A stretch of 64,000 nucleotides of DNA from Octopus sinensis (taxonomy: Eukaryota), in assembly GCF_006345805.1 (NCBI RefSeq), contig NC_043002.1, positions 99,572,001-99,636,000 on the forward strand, read 5' to 3'. The number at the start of each line of letters is the position of its first letter. Within the stretch, counting starts at the first letter, position 1. The notes beneath the pieces are model-generated. The model saw only the letters and a program-made list of their open reading frames with translations, was not told the DNA's origin and made no database searches. The translations under genes were made by a program, and so were the position numbers. Below, in pieces: positions 41,588 to 55,229 of the stretch.

Positions 41588-42130
41588 TAATGATATATTA
41601 AGATATGAACGGCAAACGAAAAAAATGTATGAAAATTTAAACATGTATGAGAAAGATCGAAATAAATCATTTGTGGAATAACTTGAGAACATTTAGTGAC
41701 ATTTCAATATTTATAAGAGTGTCCGAAAGCTATAAATCGGAAAAATGTTCATGTATTTTAATTTGTTCAATTTGGTATGAAATAACTTCTTAAATATTTC
41801 AATTTTAATATATTCTAAGAAAAATGGTTCTGTAGTTTCTTCAAAATAATTACTATACTCCCTGATGGAAGTGACAAAGAATTGAAGTTCAAGACAGTTA
41901 GAAGAGGAAAGTAGATGCAACTAAATTGAGGGAGAGAAGCTAGAAGCTAGAAGGAGAGATGCCAGATTTCAGTAAATATGCTGTTCAAAATTGACAAAGG
42001 AAACTGCATTTTGATACAATATATTATAATTGGAACATTTGAAAGTTAAGACTGGTTATAGATTTGGTTACGTATATAATTATACATATATTAACACTAT
42101 TGTCGATATATATATATATATATATATATC

Positions 42131-43198
<1,068 letters not shown>

Positions 43199-43224
43199 TC
43201 GGCATTATGCCAGGCCAGTCTAAC

Positions 43225-43385
43225 TAAGGCGTGGCAACCGTACCACGCCGGGCTAAACACATAGTAGCATTTCATCCGGCCTTACGGTCTGTGTTTAAAT
43301 TCTGCCGAGCTCGGCTTTGCCTTTCATCATTTCGGGGTCGATGAAATAAGTACCAGTTACGTCACAATTTCAGGCCCTGTACCTA
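43225..43385 (+). mobile_element. MetaSINE-like SINE remnant
   Basis: ctttgcctttcatcatttcggggtcgatgaaataagtaccagtt. Confidence 0.7.
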
Positions 43386-43471
43386 AGTGCATGTATATGT
43401 ATGTATATAAATATATATACACACATACACACACAACACACACACACACACACACAACACACACACACACA

Positions 43472-43532
<61 letters not shown>

Positions 43533-43537
<5 letters not shown>

Positions 43538-43790
43538 AAGGGCATTACCATACATGAATGCCTCACGCTACGAGGGACCCTTACAGTCAAAACAACCATA
43601 ATAAACACATTTTACCGAACTCGAGGGATCTGTGGCTGAATCTGTTATTAAGATACTCGCTTCGAGAGTAATATTCCCTCGCGTTCGGTTAAAAATATGT
43701 TTATCATAGCAGGTTTGACTTTAAGAATCCCTCGTAGCGTGAGACATTCATGTATATTAAGGGGATATAGTAATGCCCTTAATATACATG
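43533..43790. mobile_element. Diverged inverted-repeat (MITE-like) element
   Basis: catgaatgcctcacgctacgaggga..ccgaactcgaggga (43555-43630) pairs with tccctcgcgttcgg..tccctcgtagcgtgagacattcatg (43673-43751). Confidence 0.6.
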
Positions 43791-43901
43791 AACATATTTT
43801 AAAAGAATACTTAATATGTTTCCTTTATGAGGTTTTTTCACGCTGACTACTTGATAAAATCTTATAAAGATTTTAACCTAATTTGAAATTTTGTATATAT
43901 A

Positions 43902-44286
43902 TCTTTATATATAAAAGTCAAGTTGTGTCTGTCTCCTACGATTTAGATTCCTAACTACTCCCACATTTTGCGATGCAGTTTAACCAAAACCGGGTATCTT
44001 ATAGTCGTGATTCATATCGAGCCCTTCTGGGTATTAGCGCGCGTCTACGATTTAAAAAAAAATTACCATCATTTTTTTCCATTTTAATGTATTTTTTTCG
44101 CTATTATATAAGGGAAGTAACTCTCTAAAAATGTCTACGATGAGTCAACGGTTAAAAAAAAAAATTACCATAATTTTTTGTCCATTTTTAATGCATTGTT
44201 TTGCTATTTATTGACTATAACTCTCTAAAAATGCTTATATAGTTATTTCCCTTACAAACCCGAGCAACGCCGGGCGATACTGCTAG
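43902..44286 (+). mobile_element. Non-autonomous Helitron, family A
   Basis: A|TC start, hairpin at 44259-44274, CTAG|T end. Confidence 0.87.
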
Positions 44287-44719
44287 TATATATAAAAATT
44301 CTTGAAGTTTTACATAGAAAGTAAAAATTGTTTAAGATTTTCGTGTACAAATTTCCTTGCAATTTACCTTCATTACAGGCAAGCTATGAGAGAATGAAGA
44401 ACAGTCTAGAATCATTTCAATTAACTCTATTCATTATCTTCATTATGCTTTAAAGAATTACACACCTGCTTACAGTCATATCAATGATCGCATGTTTTCT
44501 AAAACATGTTAGTCATTATCTACGTTGTATCTCATTTCATCACCATTGTCTAGGAGTCTCATCCCTTGTTTAGAGATGTTATTTAATTCCAATATTGTTA
44601 CTTTGTTCATCAAAATTATGTTAATCTACAATAATAATGAATGAGGAATATTACAATTGATTGCTGACTAATTATTGATTGTATGGTGGTGAGCACGCTG
44701 GACGAAACGCATAGCGTAT

Positions 44720-44761
44720 AAATATATAAATATATACATATATAAATACATACATATATAA

Positions 44762-44810
<49 letters not shown>

Positions 44811-44932
44811 TATAAATACATACATATATATATATAGATACATATATATATATACACATGTATCTTTAAATATATATGTATATATGTATATGTAAATATA
44901 TGTATACGCTATATATAGATACATATATACAC

Positions 44933-44963
<31 letters not shown>

Positions 44964-45094
44964 CATATATATATATACATATATATATCAATATATATGC
45001 ATATATATATACATGTATACATATTATACATGTATACATATATATATAGATATATACATATATATATATAATATACATATATATATATATATAC

Positions 45095-45143
<49 letters not shown>

Positions 45144-45152
45144 TATACATAT

Positions 45153-45205
<53 letters not shown>

Positions 45206-45225
45206 TATAATATATATATATATAC

Positions 45226-45278
<53 letters not shown>

Positions 45279-45303
45279 CATATATATATACATATATATA
45301 TAC

Positions 45304-45338
<35 letters not shown>

Positions 45339-45358
45339 ATATATATATATATATATAG
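44720..45358. repeat. Degenerate (TA)n/(TACA)n microsatellite field
   Basis: Direct inspection. Confidence 0.9.
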
Positions 45359-45457
45359 ACCGGAGTAAACACATAAATGTGAAACAAGGTGGAAAAAAGA
45401 GTACTCAAATACCAGTGGTAGAGTAATATGCTTTATTTTAAGCAGCAGAAAATTCAA

Positions 45458-45507
45458 CAAAATCTGTTACTCTGAGTTTCTCGTTGCCGTTCATCAGACA
45501 GTTTTTG
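45458..45507 (-). ncRNA. Putative type I hammerhead ribozyme (mirror copy)
   Basis: Reverse complement is identical to the motif at 45654-45703. Confidence 0.65.
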
Positions 45508-45653
45508 CTAGAATGGAACTTATATATTAATTCAATCTATACTCTTACAAACGCTACACCTTTAAAAAGAAATGGAGTTTTTTTTTTCTTTTTTTTTAAA
45601 GGTGTAGCGTTCGTAAGAGTATAGATTGAATTAATATATAAGTTCCATTCTAG

Positions 45654-45703
45654 CAAAAACTGTCTGATGAACGGCAACGAGAAACTCAGAGTAACAGATT
45701 TTG
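45654..45703 (+). ncRNA. Putative minimal type I hammerhead ribozyme
   Basis: caaaaactgt-CTGATGA-a cg GCAA cg a-GAAA-ctcagag-TA-acagattttg. Stem I has 9/10 pairs; stem II is short with a GNRA loop and an A-A closing mismatch; stem III is ACU/AGU; predicted cut after GUA (45693). Confidence 0.65.
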
Positions 45704-45761
45704 TTGAATTTTCTGCTGTTTAAAATAAAGATATATAGATATCATATATATATATATATAT

Positions 45762-45825
<64 letters not shown>

Positions 45826-45999
45826 TTATATGTATATTTATCTGTTATTTTATCTGTACATATGTATATCAGGCTTCATGTAGTTTCGTCTGCTGAATTC
45901 ACCTACAAGGTATCGATTGACTCGATGCTACAGTAGTATAATAGAGAAAAACTGGTCAAGGGTCTATTCAAGGGGACTGAATCCAAAAGCATAAAATTT

Positions 46000-46850
46000 A
46001 TGAAGTGGACATGACCATGTCTACGTCTAAAGCAATTAACGGAATTTTTTTTCTGTCATCTTAGATTTGAGATGACGAGACGTTTGATTTTCTAGAACCA
46101 CTTGATTACGCCTCCTCATGACTGGATCCAAATCCATCAACTTCTCTAGACCTCAAAACATTCCTTCATGTTCTTTTAGCTTTATTTCATTTCACTCATT
46201 CTCTGCTTCGTTAGAGTCTTTCAATTTGTTTTTGTCCTATGCTCTTTTCTTACATTTGAAGCAGTTTATCATTATTACTGCCTTTCAAATGTATATCCAT
46301 TAACTCTAAAACATTTCCGCCCTTAACATCCTAATTATCTAACTCTTTTCTCACAGCAATAGTAGATTCCATTACATTATTGATATGGATTTCAATGACT
46401 AGCTCTAGATGGGAGAAAGCTTTTTCTTAACCACACCTCATGCAACCGAAAGTAACTTCTCTTAAATGATGAACGAATATTTAAATTTTTTGCTTAAGAT
46501 TGAAATGAATTCTTTTAATTTACTTTAAGATCTTATCACACTAACTAGTCATAATTCCATCAACATTTGCTAAGCTTCAAGTAAAATAGAATTCGAAAGA
46601 ATTGGGCATCATTTACAAGCTTCACGAATGAAGCACTAATTGGTGGGAAAAAAACATCATTCACATAATCATATCTGTAATTTACTGAGTATTGATATCC
46701 AGTGGGATTATCTGGAACTAAAACCTCTTTCAAATTTAAATGATTTGCACGCAAGTACTGATCGGTCTTTTTCCACTTGTATTCGAAACCGGCAAGATAT
46801 GCAATCATTTAAGCCATAAGAATTTTCTTGACATATATAAGGGAAAATTG
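46000..46850 (-). mobile_element. Possible ancient L1/Tx1-type LINE ORF2 fossil (APE endonuclease region)
   Basis: ORF 46560-46808 and downstream stop-riddled translation loosely resemble APE and post-APE motifs. Weak by-eye similarity only. Confidence 0.3.
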
Positions 46851-48017
46851 TTTAAAGTTTCTTTCAAGTTAGCGTACAAGTAAAATTATAACCAAAGAAT
46901 TTTAAATGGCATTTTGTTCTAGTAAAGGCCGGACAACCATATTTACAATTGTGTATTTGACGGTAATCATAATCGTTTCCTTTAATAGTTTTGCAAATAT
47001 TAGAAACGTGTCTTGATAGTAGCTTAAGTCGATTTAATACAAGTCATGACACATGCTATTTTTGAATTTAAATTACAAGTATTCACGAGAGTTTAGGGAG
47101 AAATGGAGAAACGTACAAACTTTAAAATACGTGAGGGTTCTGCAGGGTGTAAACGGGCGCGCACTCACATACACACACAAACACACACTTACATATACAT
47201 ACATGCATATATTGAGCCTAAACAATTTTGTAAACTTTCGAAAAGACGTTAATTAATTCTTTTTTTGAACCCATATCTCAGAAATGATAGTAAACTAACC
47301 CTTCCAAGTGCTCTATCCATTTTCGAAACTTAATTCTTACCATGATTAAGGGAAATGTAGATGCTAATCACACGGGCAGCTCCCGACGTTTTTTATACCA
47401 AATGATTTTTCTTAACCCAGTATTCTGATGCTACAATTTACAGCGTTCTGTGATGTTCCTCGAGATTCAATGCTCCTATATATACATATATGATTAATTT
47501 GTTTCATAGAATGATAAATCATTCCACTCAAAACGTCTACATGTTCGACTTAGACGCTTCGTGTGTAATTATTAAATAGTTTCTTCCAAAAGTAATTTAA
47601 ACATTTTTTTTACCAAAATATTGCAATATATTTCGCAAAGCATCATAAATTAATTCATTCCATTCACATATGCATACCTCCCGCATACAAACAGACACAC
47701 ATACTTTCAGACACACATATATACGATGTGGCTGTCCGTGAGCATGCATGATTCTTTGCGTATACTGGTAAGCGGAAAAGATACTTGTGTGTGTGAGTGA
47801 TATATATATATATATTTATATATACTCTTCCAGCTCTTGTCCTTACAGCCAACTCATAGCTATATCATGCCTGTGATTCTTCAAAGGAAATTTAAACTTG
47901 AAGAATGTATTAGAGTAGATGAAAGCGCTTATATGCGATTTGTGAAAACATGTGCCATGTTTATAAATACTTGTATATGTACAACCATCGAGATCTCTAA
48001 ATACCTTATTTTTTCTA

Positions 48018-48055
<38 letters not shown>

Positions 48056-48056
<1 letters not shown>

Positions 48057-48551
48057 AACTTAGACTTAGATAAACTTAGACGTGTTTCGACCAATGATTG
48101 GTCCAGGCCATGTCTAACTTAATAGCACCACCTGATAGGATTATTTGAATCCTGTTTAAGTCAAGTTTTGCTTATGGTCCATTCAAGTAGTGAGTTTTTG
48201 TTGGTTGAGTTGTATCCAATTATGGGTGGCTTATCTGGTATTCTTTGAAGGAATCTATCCAGACTCCGTTTAAAGTTGATGTGATCCTGTTCCTCTTTGA
48301 TCTCTTTCGGGACAATGTTAAATAGGGCAGGGCCTGTTGAGGAAAAGAAATTATGTTGTAGTGTATAAGTATGCTGTGATCTTGAATTGGACAGGGGACG
48401 TATGGCCCGTGGTCCCAGTCTTGGATGAACCTTGAAGCTTATGTTCAGGTCGTTTCGGCAAAGTTGGCGGTATATTCTCCACATCGTACAAATGATGTAC
48501 CGCTCACGGCGACGCTGGAGAGAGTAGAGTTTCAAGGCTTTAAGGCGATCC

Positions 48552-48556
<5 letters not shown>
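48056..48556 (-). mobile_element. 3' fragment of a CR1/L2-group (Jockey superfamily) LINE
   Basis: [50 protein letters not shown]; short tandem tail (tctaag) at the 3' end; truncated at a (TA)n tract. Confidence 0.8.
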
Positions 48557-48587
<31 letters not shown>

Positions 48588-48944
48588 CATATATACATAT
48601 TTATATATAGATATAAATTTACATATATATGCATATATATATATATATATATAATATATATATATATATACATACATATATATGTACGTATGTATATACA
48701 TATATATACATATACATATATACATATATATATATGCATATATACATATACATATAGACATATACCTACATGTATATATATGCATATATACATATATATA
48801 TATATATATGCATACATCTATATATATACACACACATATATATATATATATGTATATGTATATACACATATATACAGAAGAATACATCTCCATACGCACA
48901 CACACGCACACACACACACACACAATATATATATATTATATATT

Positions 48945-49225
48945 ATATATATTATATGGTGGTGCGCAGGCATAGCTGTGAGGTAAGAAACTTGCTATTC
49001 AACCACATAGTACCGAGTTCAGCTTGAGAACATATATATATATATTTATATATACATAGATAAAACAGGCTTCTTTCAATTCCCGTTTACCAAATCCATT
49101 AACAAGACCTTGGTTTGCTCGAGGCTATACTAGAAACTCATGTTCTCAAGCTGAACTCGGAACTATGTGGTTGAATAGCAAGTTTCTTACCTCACAGCTA
49201 TGACTGCGCACCACCATATAATATA
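48945..49225. repeat. Local inverted duplication of a SINE family D head with its flank
   Basis: 48945-49031 and 49139-49225 are near-identical reverse complements. Confidence 0.85.
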
Positions 49226-49712
49226 TTTTGCTTTTACTGAAGCGCTACGAGTATTAATTCTCCAGATGTTTTGAATTTGTTTAAATATCCTTAGACTGAA
49301 CACTAAGATTCATATATACAAAATAATTATTCTTCAATTTTTAGCATTAGCTTGCTTTATATTCATGGAGTCTTGATTTCCTAATCAAAATATCATCTAT
49401 TTACTGCTGAAATCGAAAGATCATAATACATTTTTTTTTAATTATTTCGAATGAAGGTTATTGGATATCTTTCTCATTGAATTTCAAATAAGATAAAAAT
49501 ATACTTGAGTCTGAACTGCAATACCCTTTCATTGATTGAAATGGTAAGAATGAAGTAAATACATTTCACCCGTTTGACATCTACATCATAAAGTATGGAC
49601 AGAATACAGTATTTTTACAGTAGTATAAACATACAGAATTCTTGTATATACATCCATATACATGTGTGTATATGCGTGTGAGAGTATATATATATAATAT
49701 ATATGAGCATTA

Positions 49713-49755
<43 letters not shown>

Positions 49756-49796
49756 CATATATATATATATATTATATATATATATATAATATATAT

Positions 49797-49833
<37 letters not shown>

Positions 49834-50181
49834 GAGCATTATGCATATATATATATATATACAAACACACACAGAAGTGTCTAAAGTATAGAAGTATTAC
49901 TAATATTGTCATAATTTATTTTATTGTCAGACAGAGGTCAACTGAAATACACATATAAGCAGAAAAAGGTTTACCTGTATAGTGACACTTCTTCTCATCA
50001 TATGCATTGCAGGCAAATAACACTTTCCATTGCAGTAGCAACGTGTGATAATTAAATCCCCCTATCGAAGGAGATGTGGAGGTTGGTTAACATCCACCGG
50101 CCTCGAGGGATTGTTTACTTTGGTAAGAATGTTAAAAAGAGTAATGAGCGTAGGTACAAGAACTGTAAAAATGGGGGAACC

Positions 50182-50414
50182 TATTTCTTTACTACCCACA
50201 AGGGGCTAAACACAGAGGGGACAAACAAGGACAGACAAACGGATTAAGTCGATTATATCGACTCCAGTGCGTAACAGGTACTTTTTTTAATCGACCCCGA
50301 AAGGATGAAAGGCAAAGTCGACCTCGGCGGAATTTGAACTCAGAACGTAACGGCAGACGAAATACGGCTACGCATTTCGCCCGACGTGCTAACGTTTCTG
50401 CCAGCTCACCGCCT
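50182..50414 (-). mobile_element. MetaSINE-like SINE, young, full length
   Basis: 16-bp TSD taaaaatgggggaacc at 50166-50181 and 50415-50430. Confidence 0.92.
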
Positions 50415-50923
50415 TAAAAATGGGGGAACCATTAAACACAAACCACGCATTGGGTAAATATCACAAATTACGCGCTAGTGAACACAATGCATTACAAAAG
50501 ACAATAAAATAGAGTTTCGGATTCAGAGAGCATGTTCAAAGCGAGTACCTCGGCTGCTGACGCCAGATTTGAAGTGGGGAAGCGTGGAAATCCGCTTTGA
50601 TCTATTGTAAGCATAGGAGGACAGTGAAGACTTGATTTTCTTTTAATGATTTGGTGATAAGGGATGGAAAGTGAGTGTATCCTTATGGCACGGAAAACTT
50701 TACAACATCAGTTTTCCATCACCAAAGAAGTGGAAGCGGTAGTTGGAGAAACACGTAGTGACAATTATAGATGATAACGTGGGTGTCATCCACCTTGATG
50801 TTTCTGTGTGTATGTATGTACGTATTTATGTATGTACGTATTTATGTATGTACGTACCTACATATATGTGTATATATGCAATTATCTATTTTCTTTCCCC
50901 CTCTCTCCCTATATATATATATA

Positions 50924-51203
50924 GGCTGTAGGATCGCGGTTTCGATTCCCAGACCGGGCGTTGTGAGTTTTTATTGAGCGAGAGCATCTACAGCTACACG
51001 AGCTCCAACGGGGGTGGGGGCGATCTAGCGATCCCTGCTGTACACTTTCTCCACAACTTTCTCTCATTCTTCCTTCTGTTGGCCTGCTCGCTTAGCCAGT
51101 GGGGCGGCATCTTTTAGAGGCTAAAACAATGCGAAGCGCATTGTGGCCAACGATGTGTAGCAACATCTGATAGCCTGGTCGGTCAAGGTGATCACGGTGA
51201 TAT
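50924..51203 (+). mobile_element. SINE family A, tail type 2, 5'-truncated
   Basis: ggtttcgattcccagaccgggcgttgtgag.. plus the type-2 tail. Confidence 0.85.
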
Positions 51204-52503
51204 ATAAGCCACTATTAGATATTATTCCGTAAAGTACATGATATACCTCAATTAGGCTGAGTAATGTCGAAAATATAGTTCGTAACATATCTGTTTCATT
51301 TAATTGCAAGATGTTATTTTATATTTAACTAAAACATAAAATTGATTTGATATGAATAAACACACTTTGGAAATTTTTATTTTCGTACCATATTAAAACA
51401 AGACAGTACTTTATGTTCACTGATGTCAAAAGAGCCAAATATATTCAAATTATCCATACAAATTCCATCAATTAAGGTTACAGAAGTTCAGATACTGCTT
51501 CGTTTTTAATCTTATTTGTAACTGGATAATAACTATTTCTTTTTTCTTTATAAAATTTGTTAAATTACAGCTTGACATTTTATCATTTCCTTTTCCTATC
51601 GGACTACCATACTTTCTTGTTATCTAATTATCTTTTCATCCTAATTCACTTTAATTTAAAGTACATGTAAGGCATTTTAAGGATGCGTGAATCTAAACTT
51701 GGATAGACATAATTTATTATAGGAATGTTTTTAAAAATTCACCAAACCCCTGTCAATATAGACAATTTCCCTTCTTTGCTCATTCTACTACGGTCAAGCT
51801 GGAGTATGGTCATGTAGTGATAATCGAAGAAATTGTCACCGGTAATATTTTTAACCTGGCGCTAGTATTATCGTTTTTTTTCCCCGAAACACTAATTTGA
51901 AGGAACGAGATCAAATGAAAATACGTTGTCAAAATGTGAAGCCAAACAAACACACACGCACACACAAATACTGACACACATATTGAAACACTTACATACA
52001 TATTACACATACAAACATATATATAATATGTGTGTGTGTATGTGCGCGCGAAGGGCTTCGCGCAGTCTCTGTCGACTAAACTCACTGACAAGGCATTGAT
52101 TGTTCCGGAGATATAGTAACGAGCTGCATCCCAGCGAGACTGGATCCGAAACCACACAGTTGCGAAGAAACTTATGAATGAAAATGAAAATATATTGAAC
52201 TAAATGGATCATCAGTAAAATACAAATATCCGAAACATGCTCCAAGTACAAAAAATGCTATCGTCTCATTTTATATAGTCTTTACATATTTCCGCAATAT
52301 CCTATTATCGAAAGAATATTGAAATGTCGCACATTGACCTCCTTCGTTCACGACAATGGGTATTCGGTCATTTTATTAACTGAATTTCTTTCTCATTTAC
52401 GTGTACCTTAAAAGAAATTCCCATGCAGATGCTGCGTGACAGTGTATGAGAAATTTGTACTTTTAAATAATAGGTACCATTCATCCGACGAACTTCTACA
52501 TAC

Positions 52504-52681
52504 TTACTCTTTTACTTCTTTCAGTCATTTGATGTGGCCATGCTGGAGCACCGCCTTTAGTCGAACAAGTCGACCCCCGGACATATTCTTTTGTAAGCCC
52601 AGTACTTATTCTATCGGTCTATTTTGCCGAACCACTAAGTTACGAGGACCTAAACACACCAGCATCCGTTGCGGGGGACAA

Positions 52682-52714
<33 letters not shown>

Positions 52715-52835
52715 CATACATACGACGGGCTTCTTTCAGTTTCCGTCTAGCAAATCTTCTCACAAGTTATTGGTCGACCCGAGGCTATGGTAGAAGATAC
52801 TTGTTCAAGGTATCTCGCAGAAGGATTGTACCTGG
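52504..52835 (-). mobile_element. SINE family D, 5'-truncated
   Basis: gccgaaccactaagttac..gacgggcttctttcagtttccgtc..gaggctatggtagaagatacttg, homologous to 38905-39291. Confidence 0.8.
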
Positions 52836-54856
52836 GGACTCGTAACTGCGAAATTAACTTTGGGTTTGCAGCGTTTATATTGAAACCTCGTCATTCATCG
52901 TTTATTGTAAGAATTTGAAGAAACGCGCATATGAAATTTTCAAACAGTTAAACTATAAAATTAAGCTGAATGGAATGCTTTGCAGCCATCAAAATAAATT
53001 ATCATAGTGAATAAAGAAAAAAATTCTTAACAGCAGAAAATTTTGTATCGTAGCATATAAAATAAAATACAAAAGATAGAAGTCGGAGAGTTTAATCAAA
53101 CGTGCAAATATTTTGGTTAGTCCTTGTACAAAGAGAAGAGATAATTGAACAAAATAAAGCAAATACACCTGGACTATAGATCAGTAATAATACGAAGAAC
53201 AAATATATTTGATGAAAATAAGAACATAAGTAAAGAAAATAGATTCACTTGCATGTGAGAAAAATACACAAACATTTTGCAAACATTTCTATTCAGTATG
53301 AAAAGAAAACTATTTGCCGGAGGATCAAGTGCGTAGAAATAATTTTAAGATGAAAAATAAATTTCAATTGTCTTAGTTAAAACAAATGAATGTTTTTTTG
53401 TTTTTTTTCTGCAACACTGATGTTCAAGTTTCAACTGTATTTTATGACTCAAATGTTAAAATCAACTACGAATATTCTCTAATTTTAGGAACATACAACA
53501 TTCCCGGTTAATTAAATCTGGGGTTATCGTTAATAGTTGTGGTGTTACGTGGATAAGTGACATACCTATTCACCTACATAGAATGCTCGTTATCTATCCA
53601 AAGATGGAGGCTGTATATGGTCACATAATTCGCTAGAAATAGCAGTACATATAGAATCTACTCGATTACTAGAAGTATCAGATAAACATTTCATCGAATC
53701 AAACCTTACAGTCTGTAAAAATGAACAGGACAACGCATTGGATAATGTAGTCCCAGATACACTTATAGGAGCCTCTGTAATTTGAGGTCGACAACGCATT
53801 TGCACACATATATACAAGCCGTAAGGAACATATGTTTTTAAGTAGAAAACTGGCAGTCAGCCATGCATTCCGTCTTCCTGTACGCTGCCGAAGTTTCTTT
53901 TATGCGAATGCGACCTACTTGGACCGATACTGTTTGGTCGCATTCTGTCATTGCCGACAAGACACACACGGTCAGAACAGGTACTGCAAGGAATTGTGCC
54001 CTAATATCTAACAGGTCCGTCAATCCATTGCCCACGACTTATAATTTGCGAAGGGATTATATGCAAAGTCAACACCGAGGAATTTGAACTCAGATCACTG
54101 GGATTTGGAAGAAATAACGCGAAGGATATCATCTAAATTCTCTGCGAATTTGGTGCCTTTCTTCTGAAGAAACAATGACGAGATGCCCATCATTGTAATG
54201 CCATTGATTGTTCTTCTTGTCGATAAGAACTGGTCTGGGGGAAAACAACAATATCAGAATTAGTCCATATCAAATAAAATATTTACTGATCTAAATACTG
54301 GAAAGAAACACATTATCATTATTAGAGGAGCCGGTTCTAAAATTAATAAATTGTACCTGTTGCGAATGTAGATAGACTAACCCATTAAGAGTAAGGTAGA
54401 AAAAAAAAACGTTGCATATTTGAAATGAGGACAATAGCTGGCGTTTCTAATGAGTGTTCTGGAAAATATTGTTTAGATATTTTTTTTAACTTCAGAGAAA
54501 GAAATTGCAGTCACGCTTGTGTTTGAAAAGACTAATCAAAAGTGCTCACACACTAGGAAAAAAATTCTTCTAAAAAAGGTTAGTAACATCTCTATGCAAG
54601 ATTTTATAACAATTAACAAAAAATAATTTTTAAAAAAACTCTTTATACTAAGTAATTTTTCAGACTTTCAAATATACATACATACATATATAGGTGTGTA
54701 CGTGTGTGTATATATATATATATATAGATAGATATAGATATATATACGGGTGTGTGTGATTGTGTATAGAAGAATATATTAATAAAAGGAATTCCAACCT
54801 TGTCTGATTTTCATATAATAAAATAAAATAATAGAATGTTAAATGTTCATTCTGAT

Positions 54857-54901
54857 TGAACTAGTACTTTCATGCATTAAATTCTGCAATCTTCAGGTTC
54901 A
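54857..54901 (-). ncRNA. Putative minimal type I hammerhead ribozyme (mirror copy)
   Basis: tgaac-CTGAAGA-ttgcagaatttaatgcat-GAAA-gtac-TA-gttca on the minus strand. Confidence 0.7.
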
Positions 54902-54978
54902 TGTAGTAGTGGTGACAGTCATGCTTCATAATTTTTGACAGTCAAAAATTGTGAAGCATGACTGTCAACCCTATACAG

Positions 54979-55021
54979 GAACCTGAAGATTGCAGAATTT
55001 AATGCATGAAAGTACTAGTTC
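54979..55021 (+). ncRNA. Putative minimal type I hammerhead ribozyme
   Basis: gaac-CTGAAGA-t tgca gaatttaa tgca t-GAAA-gtac-TA-gttc. Stem I is 4 bp, stem II is 4 bp, stem III is palindromic AGUACU; predicted cut after A55017. Confidence 0.7.
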
Positions 55022-55141
55022 AATCAGAATGAACATTTAACATTCTATTATTTTATTATATTATATTATATTATATATTAAATCATTATAAGATTGTAAA
55101 TAAAACGTGAAAATCAGACAAGGTTGGAATTCCTTTTATTA

Positions 55142-55229
<88 letters not shown>

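Larger units (their letters stand above)
45359..45730. mobile_element. Fold-back non-autonomous element with a hammerhead in each arm, probably Penelope-like-derived
   Basis: 138-bp inverted arms at 45431-45568 and 45593-45730 with about 2 mismatches by eye; embedded in (TA)n. Confidence 0.8.
54774..55147. mobile_element. Second fold-back element family with a hammerhead in each arm
   Basis: Palindrome centred at 54940 (aatttttgac-a-gtcaaaaatt), arms of about 165-205 bp, next to (TA)n tracts. Confidence 0.8.

Noticed and set aside
48075-48115. Minus-strand ctg-gaccaatcattggtc-GAAAC-ac-GTC resembling a hammerhead
   Set aside because: It lacks the ANGA of the core and a stem I; it lies in the 3' UTR of the CR1/L2-like fragment.
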